Source of the DNA: a virus
Lineage: Duplodnaviria; Caudoviricetes
Length of the DNA stretch: 37,156 nucleotides
Direction: 5' to 3' (one strand)
Virus record (IMG/VR): IMGVR_UViG_3300029183_000015
Location: 1-37,156 of that record
Below the pieces are notes generated by a model. It had not been told where the DNA came from. It was given only the letters and a program-made list of their open reading frames with translations, and did no database searches. This document shows, in pieces, positions 33,442 to 37,156 of the stretch. Each line of letters starts with the position of its first letter. Position 1 is the stretch's first letter. Position numbers and translations under genes: made by a program.

Positions 33442-34639
33442 TCTCCTTTTTCATGTCGGTGATTAGTTTGTATTCAAGTAGTGAGTCCATGCCACAATAA
33501 AGAAGTAAGTCTCTAAGTGGCAACTGGTCTAGCCGGTTGGGTTCGTTGCCTGTTTTGGCTTTCATGTAGGGTGCTACTTTGTCTTCATACCCCATCACGC
33601 CATAGCGGACGAAGGACTGGAACTTGACAGAAGTAAAGTTGTGTCTGGGGTCTAGTATGTGCGGCATTAGCACCGAGCAACCTGAGAACATGTTCACACC
33701 GTGACCCAAGTCTTTCATCGTCCACATCTGCTCAAATTTGATGTTCGCCGCGGTCTTTCTCACATTGGATGCCAATAGCTCGCCTGTAGCCTTCCTTGCT
33801 TCTGGTAGCCACGGATAACTAATGGTTCTTTTGCCATCTGAGATAGAGCAGCACAAAATACGCGAGTCTGGGTGATGTGGTTTCAGCCGGTCGGTCTCGT
33901 AATCGAACGCTACAAGCTCGCCTTGCTGATGAAACCAATTGATAGCGTCGCGTGCTTTATTGTCTTCGTAAATTATCTCTACTTGAGATTCGTAATCAGG
34001 CACTTTCTCAAATGGGTAATCGGTCTTTGATGCAAAAGATTTGATGGCTCCTAACACCATTTGCTCTAAAACAGGGTGATGTTTTCCGTTTCGGTCTTTG
34101 AGCGCCGTGTACATCAAGTGCGCTGTGTTGTAGGTTGGAATAAGCCACGCGTTAATCTCCGCACACGGAATAACCAGACCTTGCCAAGTATCCATGCCGT
34201 GCAACCCTTTTTGCCACAGTCCACCAATCACAGATTTGCACGCGTTGTGGCCAGTTAACAGTATGGCTTTTGGTTTTAGTCTCTTGATTGCTTCGATCAC
34301 TTTGGGTCTACACTGCCCTACTTGTTTCTCTGTTGGAGATTCTCCTTTTCCCGGATAACAAGACAGTGCATTTGTAAGCCAGCAATCTCTTCGGATGTCT
34401 AGTCCTGCTTGCCTTCCCAATTCGTAAAGTATTTGACCAGAGGGCCCCACAAATGGCGCTCCTGCTTCGTCCTCCACGAATCCGGGAAACTCGCCTACAA
34501 TCATCAAACCTTTCTCACCATGTCCTGAGATTTCCATCTTTGGTGAGTTACAGGTTTTGTACAGCTTGCACGCTTCACACTCTGGTTTTAGTTTGCGGAG
34601 TACCGCGGGAGAACGGTTCGTTTGTATCAGCTTGTTCAA
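33398..34639 (-). CDS. Uracil-DNA glycosylase (family 4-like) fused to PolA 3'-5' exonuclease domain
   Basis: CEACKL, VGEFPG..ED..GAPFVGPSG, TNALSCYP, CRP; then ExoI AFDYET and ExoIII YCGMDS; TTG start after GAGGAG. Confidence 0.88.
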   Translation of the reverse strand: MNKLIQTNRSPAVLRKLKPECEACKLYKTCNSPKMEISGHGEKGLMIVGEFPGFVEDEAGAPFVGPSGQILYELGRQAGLDIRRDCWLTNALSCYPGKGESPTEKQVGQCRPKVIEAIKRLKPKAILLTGHNACKSVIGGLWQKGLHGMDTWQGLVIPCAEINAWLIPTYNTAHLMYTALKDRNGKHHPVLEQMVLGAIKSFASKTDYPFEKVPDYESQVEIIYEDNKARDAINWFHQQGELVAFDYETDRLKPHHPDSRILCCSISDGKRTISYPWLPEARKATGELLASNVRKTAANIKFEQMWTMKDLGHGVNMFSGCSVLMPHILDPRHNFTSVKFQSFVRYGVMGYEDKVAPYMKAKTGNEPNRLDQLPLRDLLLYCGMDSLLEYKLITDMKKEIEEDVRRNTRDSAS

Positions 34640-35679
34640 TTTCCGTTCTCCTCTGGCACAGAAAGAGCAGACACGAATTCCCAATCATCACCTCGCGAGA
34701 CCACACAAATCATCTCTCCATCTTCTTCACAAACTTGAAACTCTCCCGCGGCCATGTTGACAATTCGCTGTAGCGCTGGTGAGGAAATCGAAAACACCAA
34801 TTTTCCTTGGTAATCGATTCGGTGATCTTTGAAGTAGTAGCCGGTCACACCTTCGCCTTTGAGACGCAGAACACCACCGGAGGTTCTTACCGTGATTATC
34901 TCCGGTACTTCGGTCAAGTTCTTCTCGGCGAAGATTGAAGCGGTTTTAGCCGCATCGGTTAGAATCTCAGGCAATTTCAGTTTCTCGCCGGTCTTGCCGA
35001 ACACTGCATCTGTCTCTGCGTAGACTTCCATTTCTTTATCAGGAGAAATGATGATGTCATTCTCGGTTTTGAAATAAAGCCGAGACACACTTTCGCCTAC
35101 ATGTTTGATCGGTACTTTTTTGAGAAACTTGAGGCTTCCAGCGTCTACCAGCGCTTCAGAAAGTCCCGTGTCGAATTCGTGACGAAACACTTGATACCCG
35201 TCGTTGGACTCGATGTAATTCGGTGTGAAGTGTACACAGTAATTCGCACCATCGGTATCTTGGTTGCGGTCTTTGGAAGCGCATGTCATGGCCGTTAAGC
35301 ACACTTCCGAGAAAGTAGGTTCTACTTTCTTCCACTCGGTTGGAAACTTCAAATCATCAATAGGCATGTCGATTTCAGAAGTGTTGATTCCCATTTCTTC
35401 ATTCTTGCCACGAAAAACGATTTTCCCGTTTACTTGCCTCACGCCAAGCTCAGGTGATTTGAATTTGTTGATTGTCTTTATTAGCGTCTTACCGTCCACC
35501 GCTCCTTGAATACTCTCATCGCCAAAAGGCGCACGACAAAACAAGTCGTCGTTGTGCGAATAAACGAAACCACCATGAAAAACGAAAAAAGAACACTGCG
35601 CTACAGTGTTCTCAATTGTCGCTAGTCCGTTGGACAGAACTTCGAGTTTCGTCGAGAAATCGGTTTTGTCAATCTTCAA
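34636..35679 (-). CDS. Sliding clamp (DNA pol III beta-like)
   Basis: 347 aa, MKIDKTDF start, SNDGYQ motif, repeated alpha/beta pattern; clamp loader nearby. Confidence 0.65.
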   Translation of the reverse strand: MKIDKTDFSTKLEVLSNGLATIENTVAQCSFFVFHGGFVYSHNDDLFCRAPFGDESIQGAVDGKTLIKTINKFKSPELGVRQVNGKIVFRGKNEEMGINTSEIDMPIDDLKFPTEWKKVEPTFSEVCLTAMTCASKDRNQDTDGANYCVHFTPNYIESNDGYQVFRHEFDTGLSEALVDAGSLKFLKKVPIKHVGESVSRLYFKTENDIIISPDKEMEVYAETDAVFGKTGEKLKLPEILTDAAKTASIFAEKNLTEVPEIITVRTSGGVLRLKGEGVTGYYFKDHRIDYQGKLVFSISSPALQRIVNMAAGEFQVCEEDGEMICVVSRGDDWEFVSALSVPEENGN

Positions 35680-35917
35680 TTCGTTCCCCCCTCATCCTCA
35701 CTTCGTGATTTTCTTTCGATGCTCTGCAAAGTTTGTTGAATAAAATCAGCAAACGCCTTGTTCTGGGCTTTCTGATCTTCTTGGCTTTCAGTGCGGAGTC
35801 CAAATGCGACACGTTCTGCATCATAGTCTCATTCGACCATTCCAAGTGATTTCTGCAACCACACTCGGAGAACATGTCCTCAAGTTCAGACCTATTTATT
35901 TGAATTTTCATCGACAC
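35669..35917 (-). CDS. Hypothetical protein
   Basis: ~80-aa ORF overlapping the clamp start. Confidence 0.45.
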   Translation of the reverse strand: MSMKIQINRSELEDMFSECGCRNHLEWSNETMMQNVSHLDSALKAKKIRKPRTRRLLILFNKLCRASKENHEVRMRGERIED

Positions 35918-35941
35918 TAATTACTACACGGTTTTTGGGTG

Positions 35942-35973
35942 TGGCAAGGTGGTAAAATTCTACTACCTTGCCA
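35942..35973. promoter_or_regulatory. Intergenic 13-bp inverted repeat (operator, promoter-associated or terminator-like hairpin)
   Basis: TGGCAAGGTGGTA-AAATTC-TACTACCTTGCCA in the gap between the helicase and the next gene. Confidence 0.45.
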
Positions 35974-35986
35974 AAAAGTTTCCAAT

Positions 35987-37132
35987 CTACGTAGCGAACG
36001 CACTAATTATGTGTGGTGTACAAATATCAAGATTGCCTGCCACGTAACACACTTTGGTTTCGCTGTATCCCGCATGACGTCGCATCAAGACATTGATTCT
36101 GTAAATACACGTGCCTGTATCAAAATCACCACGTTCTTCGGTGGTTTGGTTGATCCCGTAAATCGACGTGACACGTCCGTATTTGTCTTTGGAGTCTGAG
36201 AAATTGGATTTTCTGAGCAGTTCTTGGTCGTAGCTTTTCGCGTCGGCTTGTGTCGCTGTGACCAAACACACATTGTGTTTGAGCGCGATTCCTCTCAAAT
36301 TTGTCCACGTCTCGTTTATCGCATCTCGTTTGTTCGCGTAATTGGGCATTTTGAGGATGTCGGCGAAGTCGATCACTACCATATCAGGCAACCAATTGTC
36401 TTCGTCTGCCCACGTTGCAAGCTGCGATTCGATGTCAATTGTTGAGAGTTCACCGTCCGTATGACACGAGAATTTGATGAGTGGTACTTCGCTGCGCGCG
36501 TGATACCACTTAAAATCGGCCATCAAATCGGGTATGTCTTCTGGCGTTAAAAGAGGCAATTGCATGTAGTCAAGGTCTGGCAAAACCTCATTGATTTGAA
36601 ACCTTATGCCAGTAGGAATCGCGATTTCTTTGGTCTTGATCGACCTTCCCGTAAGCGCTTGCTGATATCTTTTAAGCAGCTGTTTTTGAGACATGTCACC
36701 GGCTTGGAAATAGGCTACTTTTTTACGTTGGTAAATGGCGTTCATTGCCACGTCCAAAAGCCAATAACTCTTGCCTCTTTTCTCTGGCGCGAGGAACGCA
36801 CAGAACGCTCCTTTGTGAAAATCGTTACCTAGTAGTTTTCCTAATGCTCCGGGATATTTTAGCACAACCTCTTCATCGTCCGTAAACGCTTCCTGAAGGA
36901 CTCCAATTTCTTGACATGGCGTAATACCTTTTTCCGGGTTAAAGTCCACTGTGGCCAATTCTGACACGATTCTGGTGCATTCCGAAACGTCTTTGTTTAG
37001 AATTGAGGACTCTAACTCTGTTTTTAGTGTACTAAACTTCACTAAGTTGAACAGTTGTTCAGCTTCCTTGAGAACGAAACCTACTTCGACATTTCCGTGT
37101 ACGTCGTTGACGGTCAGAAGGACTTTTTCCAT
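35987..37132 (-). CDS. Replicative helicase (DnaB/T4 gp41-like), probably 5'-truncated
   Basis: Walker A APEKRGKS, VVIDFADIL, VTATQA, FSDS motifs; runs to the contig end. Confidence 0.85.
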   Translation of the reverse strand: MEKVLLTVNDVHGNVEVGFVLKEAEQLFNLVKFSTLKTELESSILNKDVSECTRIVSELATVDFNPEKGITPCQEIGVLQEAFTDDEEVVLKYPGALGKLLGNDFHKGAFCAFLAPEKRGKSYWLLDVAMNAIYQRKKVAYFQAGDMSQKQLLKRYQQALTGRSIKTKEIAIPTGIRFQINEVLPDLDYMQLPLLTPEDIPDLMADFKWYHARSEVPLIKFSCHTDGELSTIDIESQLATWADEDNWLPDMVVIDFADILKMPNYANKRDAINETWTNLRGIALKHNVCLVTATQADAKSYDQELLRKSNFSDSKDKYGRVTSIYGINQTTEERGDFDTGTCIYRINVLMRRHAGYSETKVCYVAGNLDICTPHIISAFAT

Positions 37133-37139
37133 CTCTCCT

Positions 37140-37156
37140 GATCGTGACTGGGAAAC
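37140..37156 (-). other. SISPA/random-PCR primer remnant; library artefact
   Basis: GATCGTGACTGGGAAAC is the reverse complement of positions 1-17. Confidence 0.95.

Noticed and set aside
2887-37132. The many + strand ORFs in the track across the minus-strand arm
   Set aside because: Antisense shadows of well-supported, translationally coupled minus-strand genes
2887-37132. Stop-codon reassignment as the cause of the split genes
   Set aside because: TAA, TAG and TGA all end intact conserved genes, the tRNA-Trp anticodon is CCA rather than a suppressor, and the split parts are separated by other genes
1-37156. Terminal 17-bp inverted repeats as genome ITRs or transposon ends
   Set aside because: They match a laboratory amplification primer and abut truncated genes

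Overview
A partial (37 kb) genome fragment of a tailed dsDNA bacteriophage, with random-amplification (SISPA-type) primer sequence left on both ends. The first 2.9 kb (+ strand) is the end of a probable virion/tail module. The rest (- strand, densely overlapping genes, standard code 11) is a replication, recombination and nucleotide-metabolism arm. It carries a DnaB/gp41-like helicase, a beta-clamp-like protein, a split family A polymerase (UDG-exonuclease gene plus polymerase gene), an HD nucleotidase, IbrB/ParB, an IbrA(PAPS-reductase/DUF3440)-DNA methyltransferase fusion, a DnaX-like clamp loader, UvsY-, gp32- and RecA-like proteins, ThyX, a 5'-3' exonuclease, a resolvase-like nuclease, SbcD, a Rad50/SbcC split into two genes ~10 kb apart, and dCTP deaminase. 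An accessory block between the Rad50 halves holds two Acb2/Tad1-like proteins, several paralogue pairs, a MarR regulator and an ~830-nt non-coding locus (12252-13087). That locus contains tRNA-Trp(CCA), two aberrant tRNA-like RNAs, a rod RNA, a multibranch pseudoknotted RNA and a ~300-nt highly structured RNA that appears to be on the opposite strand. Family resemblances recalled from memory point to a Planctomycetota host. The best novelty candidates are the ncRNA array and the IbrB/IbrA-methyltransferase DNA-modification module. All calls come from reading motifs and folding by eye; no searches were run.
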